From Chloropicon primus (taxonomy: Eukaryota), in contig CP060757.1 of NCBI GenBank assembly GCA_023205875.1, forward strand, positions 1,178,001-1,242,000: a stretch of 64,000 bases of DNA. Reading direction: 5' to 3'. Of the stretch, positions 30,473 to 41,772 are shown piece by piece. A program made the position numbers and the translations under genes. The notes under the pieces were generated by a model. It did no database searches. It saw only the letters and a program-made list of their open reading frames with translations, and had not been told where the DNA came from. Numbering within the stretch: the stretch's first letter is position 1; every line of letters starts with the position of its first letter.

Positions 30473-31831
30473 ATGAGCGGCGCGACGTGCCAGCACAAGG
30501 CGCTGGAGAGGGTTGGCGCGGCGTCCCGCCGCAGGGCGCTTGACGGGTCCACGGCGACGTCGTCCCTGCGGGGGGCGTTCCGCGCGAGGCGCGCCCAGAG
30601 GGCCAGGAGGGCGCTCGCGACCCCAGTGAGGGCCTCCGCGGGCGGGGCCCTGTTCGAGGAGGACGGGACCAAGGGGGAGAGCACCGCCCCCCTGGGCGAG
30701 GAGCTCACCGTGCCCACGACCTGCATGGCGCAGCTGAGCGGGTCCGGGGGGGCCACGATGCAGAAGAGCAAACTGAACCTCACCCAGGAGGTGAGGATAA
30801 GCCAGCCCAAGACGGACGACGCCGGGGGCGGGGGAGACATCGGAAACAGGATCTTCAACGGCGGGGGGGGCGACGGGGACGACTCGGACGACGACGAGTA
30901 CCAGGACGACTTTGGGGACGACGAGGAGGAGGACGCCAAGGTTGGGCTCTTCGACATCAGGGAGGCGATCCCCGAGGTCTTCGACATGGCCACGATGGAG
31001 TGCATCCTGGCCGAGTGGGGCAAGACGATCGTGTCCCTGCCCCAGGGGCTGAAGATGCTGGTGGAGCTCGGCATCCTCTCCGGGAGCCAGCTCACCCGCT
31101 GGCTGTCCTTGGACTATCGCCCACAGCTGGCGAGGACCGTGGCCAGGAAGGCGCCCCAGGGCGTCAGCCGGGCGTTCGTGGGCAGGGTCCTCGCGGACCC
31201 GAGCTTCCTGCCAAAGTTCTGGCTGGAGCAGGGGCTCACCCTCGCGACCGTCCTCGGCCAGCTCAAGCTGGACGGGGAGAAGGTGTCCCGCGAGAAGGCG
31301 GCCGGGAGGGTCGTCACCTCCTGCCTCGCGACGGGTCTGATGGTGTGGGGCCTGGCGCCCTCCAGGGGGCTGAAGATGCCCACGAACATCTTCGAGCCGT
31401 GCGGCCCGATGAGGAGGTACACCATGGTCCAGAGGGGGCAGTCCTTCCTCCTCGCCACGGCCTTGACGGGAGGCCTCGGCCTCGGGGTGGGAGCCCTCGG
31501 AGGTGCCGGTGGCGTCAAGTCCCAGCTCCTCCAGTCCCAGCTGCAGCACGTGCGTCTCCAGGGGCTAGGGGCCGAGACGTGGGTCGCCCAGAGGTGCTCG
31601 CACCTAGGCGGGGCGCTCATGGGCACCGGAGCGGTGCGAGTAGTGACCTCCGCGGTGAACTTTGTCGCCCTCGCGATGGTTCAGGGCAAGGGGGAACAGC
31701 TCTTCGGGAAGTTTGGGAAGTTCGGAGGAGGAGGAGGCAAAAAGAAGAGGACGAAGAGGAGGAGCAGCGGCAGGAAGTATTCCCCGACGAGCGCGACGAC
31801 TGCGACCATCAAAGCCAGGACTGTCGTGTAA
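30473..31831 (+). CDS. RETICULATA-related plastid envelope protein (DUF3411)
   Basis: Transit-peptide-like N-terminus, Gly/Asp-rich GGGGDIGNRIFNGGGGDGDD, ILAEWGKTIVSLPQGL, FVGRVLADPSFL, LAPSR, PTNIFE. Confidence 0.85.
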   Translation: MSGATCQHKALERVGAASRRRALDGSTATSSLRGAFRARRAQRARRALATPVRASAGGALFEEDGTKGESTAPLGEELTVPTTCMAQLSGSGGATMQKSKLNLTQEVRISQPKTDDAGGGGDIGNRIFNGGGGDGDDSDDDEYQDDFGDDEEEDAKVGLFDIREAIPEVFDMATMECILAEWGKTIVSLPQGLKMLVELGILSGSQLTRWLSLDYRPQLARTVARKAPQGVSRAFVGRVLADPSFLPKFWLEQGLTLATVLGQLKLDGEKVSREKAAGRVVTSCLATGLMVWGLAPSRGLKMPTNIFEPCGPMRRYTMVQRGQSFLLATALTGGLGLGVGALGGAGGVKSQLLQSQLQHVRLQGLGAETWVAQRCSHLGGALMGTGAVRVVTSAVNFVALAMVQGKGEQLFGKFGKFGGGGGKKKRTKRRSSGRKYSPTSATTATIKARTVV

Positions 31832-31910
31832 AGCGCCGCGCCAGTATCTCCGTTTTTCATCTTGAAGGTAAAATGAATTTGTATTACATCAATATTTCAC
31901 AAGAAGTGGC

Positions 31911-34900
31911 TCAGAACCCGCACCTATGACGATGATCACCCTCCGCCCTGCTCAGGAAGCTCCCCTCGGCCTCCAAGACGGCCTGCAGAACGACGAGCGC
32001 ACCTTGCTTGTCGAGGACAACATTGTACATTGTGCAATCCCCCTGGTGGCAGCAGCTCGGGCAGCCGCTCTCCTCGTCGCACGGGCACTGCTTCACGAGC
32101 TCGTAGGCGGCCCTCAGAATGTTTCCAAACAGGGGTTGGATCTGCGCGGAGATCCCCGTTCCGCCGGGCTGCCTGTCATAGATCAGCAGCCTTTCCGGCC
32201 TCCATCGAGTTTCGCTCTCGCTCACACACTCAACGCCAACATCTTGCGTGTTGCACATCAAGTATAGAGGAATTACGTTCAGCAAAGCGTGGGCTGCAGC
32301 GTGGACACCCGCTCTCAGCTCCCTCTTCTCCTGCTCGAGCAATGCCCTCGCCTTGTCCGGGATTCTAATGTAGGTGCAGACGGTATCGAACACGATAGCG
32401 GGAAGGTTGAGGTCGACCGAATCGAAGACCTTGCCCGTGGCCTGCCAGACTTTCAGGAAACCGAGAAATCTCACCGAATGGCGAGCTTGCTCGAGGTGAG
32501 CGCTGCTCTCGGTGGTGCTGTACGCCAATTTCCCTCCTCCCATGACCGCGATATCTGTGCTGTGGCGAACGGATGTGAAATACTTCAAGTCAGCCCGCCG
32601 CACCGCTGCTCTCCTCTTGTGCATGTCCAAGTGGGTGCAGAGAAATTTTTTGCCTTGCTGCATGTAAACAGCCCCCTCGTAGATTTGGAACCAGGCCTTG
32701 CTTTCCTCGATTTCCTCGACGACTTCTTGAGTGATCTCGTCGACGACTGTCCATACTGACTCGTCGATCGCCCTCAGATTCACCAAACTTGCAGGCCATT
32801 CGCTCCCGATGTAGAGCCACCTTGGATCCGCGGGGCAATCAGGGTCCCGCCCGACAAGGCCCCTCTTTTGCAGATCAATCAGAATCAGACGAGCGGTGCT
32901 GCCGAAGTACGCCTCGTCGCCCCCCTCCACCAGAACAGGGTGCTCCCTACAAGCACAGGCGAGATGCTGTCCAAGTAGGATTGGGTTCCGGACATCGATG
33001 CAGGCCTGTTCAATAGGAGCCTGAAAGAGCATCTCTGGGTTGTTCATGAAGTACTGATCCAGTGCCCCGTCAAAGGCAACGTAAATCGACGCAGCGTTTT
33101 GCTCGCGGCGACCAGCCCTTCCTGCCTGCTGCCACAAAGACGAGACGGTCCCAGGAAAACCAAGATGCAGAGTCACGTCTAACGCGCCCACGTCGATGCC
33201 GAGTTCCAGGGCATTGGTGGCGGCCACACCCTTGAGGTTTCCATTGAACAAGGACCCCTCCACCGCTCTCCTGTGTTCCGCGGAGTATCCTGCCCTATAG
33301 GCGGCAATTGCAAGGCCATTCGGGGAATCAATTGAGTCCAGAAACTGCCGCGCGTACGTAAGCACGAGCTCGCTGAGCTTGCGCGTCTTACAGAACGCGA
33401 TACATTTCAGGTTGTGTTGGACGCACTCGGCGAAGAGCATGCCCATCTCCATGATGGGAGACAGCCTTTGCCGCACAGAGCAGCTATTCTCCCCGAGGCG
33501 CTCATCCGCCTTTCTGCCTTGTCGCTTCTGTAACTGCCGACCCTTCCAGGCCTGTACCTGGTACCTGTGGTCCTCTTGACTAGACTGCCTCTGCTCTCGG
33601 TCCTGCTTTTGCCTTTCAAGAAGTTTCTTCCTGTTCCTTTTGGCTGCTTCCTTCAGTGGTGGATTCCACAGGAGGAAGGTCTTTTTGCCACAAGGGCTAC
33701 CATCTTCGTCGGCCCCGACGACACGCCACACACCCGCCTCCGACAACCCGGTCAGGGCCTGGGCATGAACCAGAGAGTTGGCAATCGTGGCAGAGCTTAG
33801 CACGAACTGTGGGCAGGCACAGTGGATCCTTTCCAAGATCCTTCTCAACCGCCTTATGACCATCGCCACGTGCGATCCGAAGACGCCTCGGTAAAAGTGA
33901 GCTTCATCTACGACGATGAACGCTAGTTGGGAAAGGAAGTTCTTAAACTCAGTGTGTTTCGGCAAAATCGTGACGTGAAGGATGTCGGGGTTGCAAATCA
34001 AGATCCTTGCGTTGGCCTGCAGCTCTGCCCTCGTCGCTTGAGGAGTATCTCCGTCGAAAACGCCTATCTGGTCCAATTCCAAGCCTTGCATGCTCTTGCA
34101 TAAACGCTGCAAGCCTCTCAGTTGATCTTGGGCGAGGGCCTTTGTGGGAAAAATGTACAACGCGGTGGCCTGTGACTGCACAAGGCCGTCAAGTATTGGT
34201 GCGTTGTAGCAAATAGATTTCCCTGAAGCTGTTGGAGTTGTGACAACCAAATGCGAACCGCCTTGAACCGCCTGCGTGCAACTCTCCTGATGAGAATAGA
34301 GCTTCCTGATCCCCACTCCTCGTAAGCTTCTGGCGACTTCCTCGCAGAACATGTGACTGAGCGGAATGTTCTTGGATCGGGCCGCCCTTGCCGGAATTTC
34401 CTTCCTGTAAGCCACCCTGCTTTCTTGTGACGTCGAAGCTTTCTGAATCAAGTGAGTGATGAACTCCGGGACGCCCATGTCGTTCGCGCACTGGCACGGC
34501 TTGAAGTTCCCCTTGACCTCTTTGCCCTGCTTCCCCTTCTTCTGCAACAGCCTTGAGCTCCTGGCAAGATTCCTCTTCGCCGCTTCCAGCATTTGAGCTC
34601 TCGTCAGTTTGTCCAAAAACCTCGGATGCCAGCAGTGCTGCGTGATCGGGTCGTGGTCCTCCACGCACCTGTCTCCTCTTGACATGAAATCGTCGTGCAA
34701 GATCAGCGTTAGCTCGATCAGTGCCTGCCTGAAGTAGCTTTGGAGCTTGAGAACATCTTGCTTCATTTCGCTCGCCATCTTTCCTTTTTCCCTGGACTTG
34801 ATGCTTGCCAGGCCCGCCGGCCCGATCGTCTGGCTGCTGCTCCTCGATCCCTGGATCAGAGACGGAAGGAGTGCGGAGGCTTCCTCTTGGCTGGGATGAC

Positions 34901-35795
34901 TCTCCTTGGAAAAAACGAGATCGCCATACACCACCCCGCCCGTGACCGTCTTCCACTCCAGCCTCTGGGACTCCAAGGGGCTCTGCCTCGGCACCCTCGG
35001 ACTCGTTCCCGCGCAGGGCACGTGGAGATTAACGAGGGTCTCTGCCTCCTGAGTTTCGAGGGATCTGGAGTCTCCCTCCGCCGATCGGTACGAGGTTCCG
35101 GTCTCCGCGAGGGCCCCGTGGAGTGCACCGACCCTGTCGCTGTGCTCCGGGTTTGCCGACACCTGCCTCATCGTGATTACTCCGGGAGCCAAGCAAGCCA
35201 TCGCCTCCAGGCTCTGGGGCGTCAAGCTCGGCAAAGACCTTTGGAGCCCAGTCAGGGTGGGCTGAAGCCCCTGGTGGTAGAGAAACCCGACGATCAGAGA
35301 GAGCTCCTGAAAGGACGAGAAGATGCCCTCCAGGCATTCTGGAATTGCTAGCTTGCCGACGATGCCCTTGATTGAAGTCACCTTCCTCTTGCTGCGGCTG
35401 GCCCTCTCCTCCCGCTGCTGCGTCGAGCCCGCAGAGCCCCCTCTTTGTTCGCCCCGCTTCGTCTCCAAGGCGTCTTGGAGCGCGGTCAGAACCCTGTCCT
35501 TCTGCTCCTGAGCGACGGCGGTGGACGAGGGGGGCACCGCCACAGAAGCAGCACCAGCGCTCTTCTTCTGCCTCTTGTTGCTTCGCACAAGCGAGATGAA
35601 TCCTAAACCACCAGCGCTGCAGCATTCGTCATCCCTCAGTTTCCTACCTTTGGAGTACAAGTGAAGCTTGGAGTCTCCGAGCTCCACAGGGTACGCCTGG
35701 GTGAGGTTCGCCTTCAGGTCCCCAACCCTCTCGCCCGCCGCCGCGTACTCCCTTCCCGAGAGGTCTTTCACCACCACCTTGCACCTCTCCCTCAT
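31911..35795 (-). CDS. HRQ1: Hrq1/RecQ4-like DEAH helicase with N-terminal ubiquitin-like domain and C-terminal DUF1998
   Basis: LYSHQ, TPTASGKS, PTKALAQDQ, VDEAH, SATIAN, ATNALELGIDVG, QQAGRAGRR, IYDRQPGGTG, CPC...GCPSC. Confidence 0.92.
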   Translation of the reverse strand: MRERCKVVVKDLSGREYAAAGERVGDLKANLTQAYPVELGDSKLHLYSKGRKLRDDECCSAGGLGFISLVRSNKRQKKSAGAASVAVPPSSTAVAQEQKDRVLTALQDALETKRGEQRGGSAGSTQQREERASRSKRKVTSIKGIVGKLAIPECLEGIFSSFQELSLIVGFLYHQGLQPTLTGLQRSLPSLTPQSLEAMACLAPGVITMRQVSANPEHSDRVGALHGALAETGTSYRSAEGDSRSLETQEAETLVNLHVPCAGTSPRVPRQSPLESQRLEWKTVTGGVVYGDLVFSKESHPSQEEASALLPSLIQGSRSSSQTIGPAGLASIKSREKGKMASEMKQDVLKLQSYFRQALIELTLILHDDFMSRGDRCVEDHDPITQHCWHPRFLDKLTRAQMLEAAKRNLARSSRLLQKKGKQGKEVKGNFKPCQCANDMGVPEFITHLIQKASTSQESRVAYRKEIPARAARSKNIPLSHMFCEEVARSLRGVGIRKLYSHQESCTQAVQGGSHLVVTTPTASGKSICYNAPILDGLVQSQATALYIFPTKALAQDQLRGLQRLCKSMQGLELDQIGVFDGDTPQATRAELQANARILICNPDILHVTILPKHTEFKNFLSQLAFIVVDEAHFYRGVFGSHVAMVIRRLRRILERIHCACPQFVLSSATIANSLVHAQALTGLSEAGVWRVVGADEDGSPCGKKTFLLWNPPLKEAAKRNRKKLLERQKQDREQRQSSQEDHRYQVQAWKGRQLQKRQGRKADERLGENSCSVRQRLSPIMEMGMLFAECVQHNLKCIAFCKTRKLSELVLTYARQFLDSIDSPNGLAIAAYRAGYSAEHRRAVEGSLFNGNLKGVAATNALELGIDVGALDVTLHLGFPGTVSSLWQQAGRAGRREQNAASIYVAFDGALDQYFMNNPEMLFQAPIEQACIDVRNPILLGQHLACACREHPVLVEGGDEAYFGSTARLILIDLQKRGLVGRDPDCPADPRWLYIGSEWPASLVNLRAIDESVWTVVDEITQEVVEEIEESKAWFQIYEGAVYMQQGKKFLCTHLDMHKRRAAVRRADLKYFTSVRHSTDIAVMGGGKLAYSTTESSAHLEQARHSVRFLGFLKVWQATGKVFDSVDLNLPAIVFDTVCTYIRIPDKARALLEQEKRELRAGVHAAAHALLNVIPLYLMCNTQDVGVECVSESETRWRPERLLIYDRQPGGTGISAQIQPLFGNILRAAYELVKQCPCDEESGCPSCCHQGDCTMYNVVLDKQGALVVLQAVLEAEGSFLSRAEGDHRHRCGF

Positions 35796-36208
35796 GGAGG
35801 GGTACCAACACCGCGCGGCGGTCGAACTCTAACCTTCACGACCCTGTTGCGCGGGTCCTTGCGTACAGCCCGAGAACCATTCCGACACTACCGCCTCCAA
35901 CCCTGACGTCCGCGATCATGCGCGGACTCGGAACCAAAGAGCCTCCTCTTCGGCGCGGTCCGCACTCACGTGCTGGCGCAGATCAAGCGCCTTGGCCTCA
36001 GCTGTCGGTGGTGGTCGATGGCGATGGGGAGGGGGGGGGAAGAAGAGAAGCAGAGAAGCGAGAGGTGAGAGCCCCGGTGAGCCCCGTCCGTTCGCTTTCC
36101 TGACGAGATATGATTTCGAGGATCGTGAGAGAATGAAACGACAGACGCGTTGAAACGCGGGTGAGCCGAAGACGAAGACGAAGACGACGTGGCACCTTCG
36201 TAGGCCAC

Positions 36209-39200
36209 ATGGAGGCTGCCAGCACGAGTGGTGGAGCCGGAACGATACCGAGGCACAAGGGTGTGCCGGGGACGGGGTTCGTCGTGGACGGGTTCAAGGC
36301 CTGCGGCAAGTGCAAGAGAGCGACGGCTTTCTTCTTGACGCACGCCCACGGGGATCACTACGATGGGCTGAACGAGAAGTGGTCTCGAGAGATCTACTGC
36401 TCCACGATCACCGCCAACCTCGTCCACATGAAGCTCGGGGTGGAGAGGTCCCTCATGAGGGAGATGAATCCAGGCGACGAGGCGGTCGTGATCGAGGGCG
36501 TCGAGGTCTCGGTGGTGGACGCGAACCATTGTCCTGGGGCGGTACAATTCTTGTTCGTGACAAGCCAGGGGGACAGGTTCATCCACTCAGGGGACTGCAG
36601 GTTTCACACCTCCATGAAGCGGTCCTTGCAGCTCTTCAGGAAGTCGAGGATCTTGTTCCTCGACACGACGTACTGCAATCCAAAGCACACCTTCCCCTGC
36701 CAGGAGCACTCCATTCAATACGTTGTGGACAAGGTGGTGAAACGCGAGGCTCTCAAGGAGCGGGGGAAGTGCCTCTTTCTTATCTCCTCGTACAACATTG
36801 GAAAGGAGAGGATCTTTCTTGCAGTTCACAGGGCGACGGGGAAGAAGCTCTACGCGACGCCGAAGAAGATAGCGCACTTGGAGCTCCTGCAGATCGACGA
36901 ACTGACGAGCGCGCTCACGGATGATCCGCGTGCCACGAACATCCACTTGGTGAAGTGGAACGCGTTGGGAGAGACCTGGCCGTACTTCCGGCCGAACTTT
37001 GTGCAGATGGAGGAGTACAGACAAATGTACGGCGTCGAGGAGACCATGGGCTTCGTTCCGACTGGCTGGACTTACGAAGGCAAGGGAACGAATTTCTCGT
37101 CGAGGGAAAAGGGACCGGATAGGGTGTTTCTCGTTCCTTACAGCGAGCACAGCAGCTTCAGCGAACTCGTGGACTACGTCAAATTCATCAAGCCTGAGGA
37201 GGTGGTCCCGACGGTCAACATCGGGGAGACGCCCAAAATGCTCAAGCACTTTCGAAATTTGATCGACGAGAACTCCGCCAAGCGCAGGTTTCTGTCTGCG
37301 TTCACCGGCGGCGCTCCCCGGAAGGCCAGAAAGAGTGATGTGGCGGTGAAGGACGAAGGTCCCGCCGTCAAGTCGTCGTCAGGGAAAGAGGATGGCCCCT
37401 GCGATCTGCTTATGGCTGCAACGGGACTCAAATCTTTGGCGGAAGCGCAGTTTCTGCTGAAAAGAGCGAACGGGGACCTTGAAAAGGCAGCAAATTTTTT
37501 TTTCGAGGATCCGTTCCGGAAGAAGGTTGAGGTTGAGCGGCCACCCAGGCAAAGCGTGAAGAAGGGGTCGACTGTGGTAGGCCAGATGCCCCTGTCCAGC
37601 TTCTTTGGAGGTGCCAAATCTGGAGGAATTTCGCTCGGAAGTCCCAAACATCACAAAACGGTTGAAAAGTCGTTAGAAGCAGGAGCACAAGCAGCAGCAG
37701 GCCGGGGAGGATCACCATGCAAGGCGTTGGCGGATTACCAAGCGGCTGTGGAGAGAGAAGATTATGATCCGCTTTCTGATGCCCTGTGGAGCTCCGGCCA
37801 GCCCGCGCCTTATATGCACCTTGCCGGGGCGTTTGACGCTATCAGCCAAACGAAGAAGAGGCTGAAGATCAGCCGAATCCTTTTGAACATGTTCAGGAGC
37901 CTACTGGTGCTCAGCCCGGAGTCAACAGTCGCAAGCGTTTACTTGACTATCGGCACCCTCGGTGCCGAATTCAGCAAGATGACGTTAGACATCGGCGCGT
38001 CAACGGTATCCCAGTGCATCTCGGAAGTCACCGGAGTCTCTCGCCAGCGTCTGCGCCAAGCGTACAACGACGAGGGCGACCTCGGGGACGTTGCTGTCCT
38101 GTTTAAGAGTGCGCAAACGACTCTTATGCCCGTGAAGCCTTTGACGATTTCGGACGTGTTTGCCAAGTTGGAGAGGCTGGCGAAGGAGAGCGGGGGGGGC
38201 AGCTCCACGAGAAAAAAGCAGATAGCAACGGATTTGATTAGGGCAAGCAAAGGTCCAGAGACGAGGTACATGGTCCGGACTCTGGTCCAGTGCATGCGCA
38301 TTGGCGCCAACCGGACATCCATCTTGCAAAGCCTGGCTCGAGCGTCGGTGTTTCACCACCACCGTGAAGGAAACCCTACGAAGGAGAGGCTTGATGAAGC
38401 TGTGGATGCGTTTGAAAAGGCTTACTTCCTTTGCCCCGACATTGAGGAAATTGTGAGGGAATTGATCTTGAAAGGTGCCGTCGAGTCCAAACTAAAGCCG
38501 GGGATCCCTGTCACCCCAATGTTAGCAAAGCCATCCACTGGGGTTGAGAACGCGGTAGAGCTCATGGGCGAGGAGGAGTACATCTGCGAGTACAAGTTCG
38601 ATGGACAGAGAGCCCAAATACACTTGGAGGAAGGAGGAAAAGTTTCAATTTTCTCGAGGAATTTAGACGACAAGACAGCCAGGTAACGTTGCTCGGATCC
38701 AGCACGATGATGTCCCAAGACTGACACCTTCAATCTTTCAGTTTTCCTGATGCGTGTGCTCAGCTTCGGGAAGCACTAGATCCCGCAGTCAGTAGCTGTG
38801 TTGTGGACTGCGAGATCGTTGCGGTTGAGAGGAGCTCCCAAGGCTACAGGTTGTTGTCTTTCCAGGAGTTGTCGGCAAGGCCCCGAGGAGACGCGCAAAA
38901 GGGCTCTGGTGACGTCGCCCTTTTCGTCTTTGACATCTTGCACTTGGATGGCAATGACACTTACGCGCTTGCCCTTTCAGAGCGCCACGAGCTTCTCAAG
39001 CGGGCTCTTCCTCGGCGCAGAGAGGGGTTCGTGATGCTTGCCACCTCCGTGGCGATTCCGGACGACTCGAACAGAGTGGAAGCCACTCGAAGTGCCTTGC
39101 TGGCTTCCCTCCGTGCGGGCTGCGAAGGCCTAATGCTGAAGAGGCTTGCGAAGACCTATGAGCCCGGCAGGAGGAGTGACCAGTGGATCAAGCTGAAGAA

Positions 39201-39690
39201 GGATTACTGCGAGGAACTTCAAGATTCCCTGGATCTCGTTCCCATCGGCGCCTGGTGGGGGAACGGGAGAAAAGCCGGGTGGTTCTCTCCCTTTTTGATG
39301 GCTGCTTGGGATCCGGAACGGGAGGAGTTCCAGTCCGTCTGCCGAGTCATGTCCGGCTTCAGTGACGAGTTTTACAAGAAGAGCAGGGAGTTCTTTGATC
39401 AGCACCTGATCGATGGACCGAAGGGGTACTACAACACCGGGGAAAAACCTGCTGTGTGGTTCTCGCCTGTGGAAACCTGGGAGATCAGGGGGGCCGATAT
39501 CACTGTCAGTCCCGTCCACCGAGCTGCCTTTGGCAAAGTGCACGAGTCCCGAGGCCTCGCTCTGAGATTCCCGCGCTTTGTTCGAAAGAGGCCGGACAAG
39601 ACGCCCGAGGAGGCCACGAGCTCGGACCAAATCTGCGAGATGTTTCAAGCGCAGACAGTGAAGTGCTCGTTGCGAAATCAGCAACGCTGA
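36209..39690 (+). CDS. LIG6: DNA ligase 6-like (SNM1/Pso2 beta-CASP nuclease fused to ATP-dependent ligase); exons 36209-38682 and 38742-39690
   Basis: FLTHAHGDHYDGL, DANHCPGA, FLDTTY, VPYSEHSSF; ligase PMLAKP, EYKFDGQRAQIH, EGLMLK, WIKLKKDY, LRFPRF. A 59-nt GT-AG intron restores the frame. Confidence 0.92.
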
Positions 39691-39978
39691 TTTCGTAGTA
39701 TATGATTATGATATGAGAGTATATATATTTTTTCAACATCCATGATTGCCAAGGGGAAAACTTGAAGGGGTCCAATAAATAATACTCAGGAGGACACTAC
39801 CTTGTCAGAAGATGGACCCCCGATTGCAGTAGGGTGATGAGTCATCACTGATGACGATGAGTTCTCCCTATGCTTTGGAATGGAGAGAGGCTTTCGCGCC
39901 AGGCCTGAGAGGAGGAGGAGGAAGCTTTCGCCTTCTAGTTTTGGTTTTAAAAAAATTGTGATTGTGACTGCGAGCTAT

Positions 39979-41772
39979 TCAAAATATCACCTTGTTTACA
40001 ATATTGACGAGGCCGTTGCAGGCCTTGATGTCGGGCACAAGTACCACTGAGTCTGCCACTTTGACCTTCATCGATCCGGTGGGCGCGCCCTCAGGGGCGT
40101 ATTCAGAGAAGACCTGAAGAAGATCCTCCCCGTCGATGAGGGACTCCTTGATCTCCAGCTCCTGGCCATCGATCATCTTCACGTGACGGCGGCCGCACCT
40201 GCCGCAACTTCTCCTGCAGTACCCATTGGCGATCCACTCGTTGCTGCAGAAGCCAATGTTGGCGAGATCCTCGCACTGGGTGGTGTTCGCCGAGATGTCC
40301 TCGAGGATGCCCTCGGGGAGCGCCAGGTCGTGGCAGCTCTTCTCGTGGAATCCGATGTGCTGGTTTCCCTTGAGAACGTGCTGCTTCATGATGGGAGCGA
40401 GGTCCTTGCTCTCCAGGAAGTCCTCGAACTTCTCGTAGCGAAACTTCTTGAGGAAGGCCTGGAAGGCGCCGTCCGTAGGAGCCAGGAGGGTGTAGAGCCC
40501 GCGCTCGTCGCCGACTCCCAGCAGGTTCTCGCCATTCCCGAGAGCCATCGCTCTCCAGGCGGCTTCCGTGAACATCTTCAGACCCGCCTCGTGCGCCACC
40601 TGGAGCACCCCGCCTGGCCCGTCCTCCGCCTTACAGAGGGAGAACAGGACGTTGGAGACCACCGCGAGGTTCCCGTTGCAGGCCACCACCTCCCTCTCCA
40701 TCTTGGCCCCGTCGATGACGGTGCCGTTCCCCGAGATGGCGAGGTCCTCCCCCCCCAGGGTCTCCAGGCCGTCGCAGACCCCGCACGTCTCCTTGCAGTA
40801 CCCATTCTTCTTGAAGTCCGGGGACGCGCACTTTTCCCACTCCTTCTCCTGGGCGCACGAGTGCTCGTACGGCTGGACGTCCGAGCAGGACGAGGCTCTA
40901 AAGTCGATCCTGTCCTTCACGAAGTGGTGCTTGACGATGTCCGTGAGGCTGGGCTCCTCCAGGAACTCGGACACCGTGAGGCCCATCTCGGCGGCGAAGG
41001 CCTCAAATGCCTCGTTGGTCGGGGCCACCACGGTGGAGTCCTTGGCCTTGCTGCTGAGGCGGTCCCACACGTCGGGTCCGGCCCTCCAGGTGGCCTCCAG
41101 GAAGGTGGTGAGCCCCTCCTCCCTGGCCGCGTCGGCGAGGGTCTTGTCCCCGTCCTTGTTGCAGTGGGGCGTCCAGTTCAGCGGGTCGGTCAGCATCTCC
41201 CCCCCCAGGCCGACGGCGTCGGGGCACTGGATCTCCCTCCACTGCAGGTACACCCACCCCCCGGTGTGGGAGGCGAGCTCCCCAAAGGCCTCGTAGCTCA
41301 AGTCGTAGTGCGGCATGTCCCCGCAGCACCAGCGCTGGTTGGAGGGGTTCTCGTGCTTGCACGGGCACCTGTCTGTGACCTTGAGGATGATCGACGTGTT
41401 CAGCCTGTCCTGCCTGCAGTAGGACCTGCCGTTGGGGTCGCACTGGATCTCGAAGCACGTGCCGCACTTGTTGTGTTCGTACGCCGAGTTGATGTACTCG
41501 GGCCACCAGTCCGAGAGGGCTCCCACGTAGTACGGGTAAGGGATTCCCCCGTAGTGGCACGCCCCGTCGTGGATGGAGTACCCGTCCCTCCCGTAGAAGG
41601 TCGCCCTCCCCCTCTGCCACCCGGTGACGTCGAGCTCGTCGATCGCGGGCGAGGAGACCGGCACGCTCGCGCAGAGCGCCGCCGGAATCAGGAAGGCCGC
41701 CAAGGCCAGGGCGAGCACGAACCCCAAACAGGAGGAGGACCTGGTCCTCGTCGTCGCTCTCGTCGTCGTCAT
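39979..41772 (-). CDS. Secreted expansin-like (DPBB) protein with two FAS1 domains and two ShK-like Cys modules
   Basis: Signal peptide; GRATFYG, GACHYG, CGTCFEIQC, VTDRCPC, HYDLSYEAF; FAS1 TVVAPTNEAF and YTLLAPTDGAF; Cys modules ending GYCKETCGVC and GYCRRSCGRC. Confidence 0.8.
   Translation of the reverse strand: MTTTRATTRTRSSSCLGFVLALALAAFLIPAALCASVPVSSPAIDELDVTGWQRGRATFYGRDGYSIHDGACHYGGIPYPYYVGALSDWWPEYINSAYEHNKCGTCFEIQCDPNGRSYCRQDRLNTSIILKVTDRCPCKHENPSNQRWCCGDMPHYDLSYEAFGELASHTGGWVYLQWREIQCPDAVGLGGEMLTDPLNWTPHCNKDGDKTLADAAREEGLTTFLEATWRAGPDVWDRLSSKAKDSTVVAPTNEAFEAFAAEMGLTVSEFLEEPSLTDIVKHHFVKDRIDFRASSCSDVQPYEHSCAQEKEWEKCASPDFKKNGYCKETCGVCDGLETLGGEDLAISGNGTVIDGAKMEREVVACNGNLAVVSNVLFSLCKAEDGPGGVLQVAHEAGLKMFTEAAWRAMALGNGENLLGVGDERGLYTLLAPTDGAFQAFLKKFRYEKFEDFLESKDLAPIMKQHVLKGNQHIGFHEKSCHDLALPEGILEDISANTTQCEDLANIGFCSNEWIANGYCRRSCGRCGRRHVKMIDGQELEIKESLIDGEDLLQVFSEYAPEGAPTGSMKVKVADSVVLVPDIKACNGLVNIVNKVIF

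Noticed and set aside
29821..31095. N-terminal extension of the 1175-aa ORF on eIF2B-epsilon (similar extensions on GCP3 and DCAF13)
   Set aside because: The extensions run through microsatellites and antisense of neighbouring genes. Conserved sequence starts at the downstream ATG.
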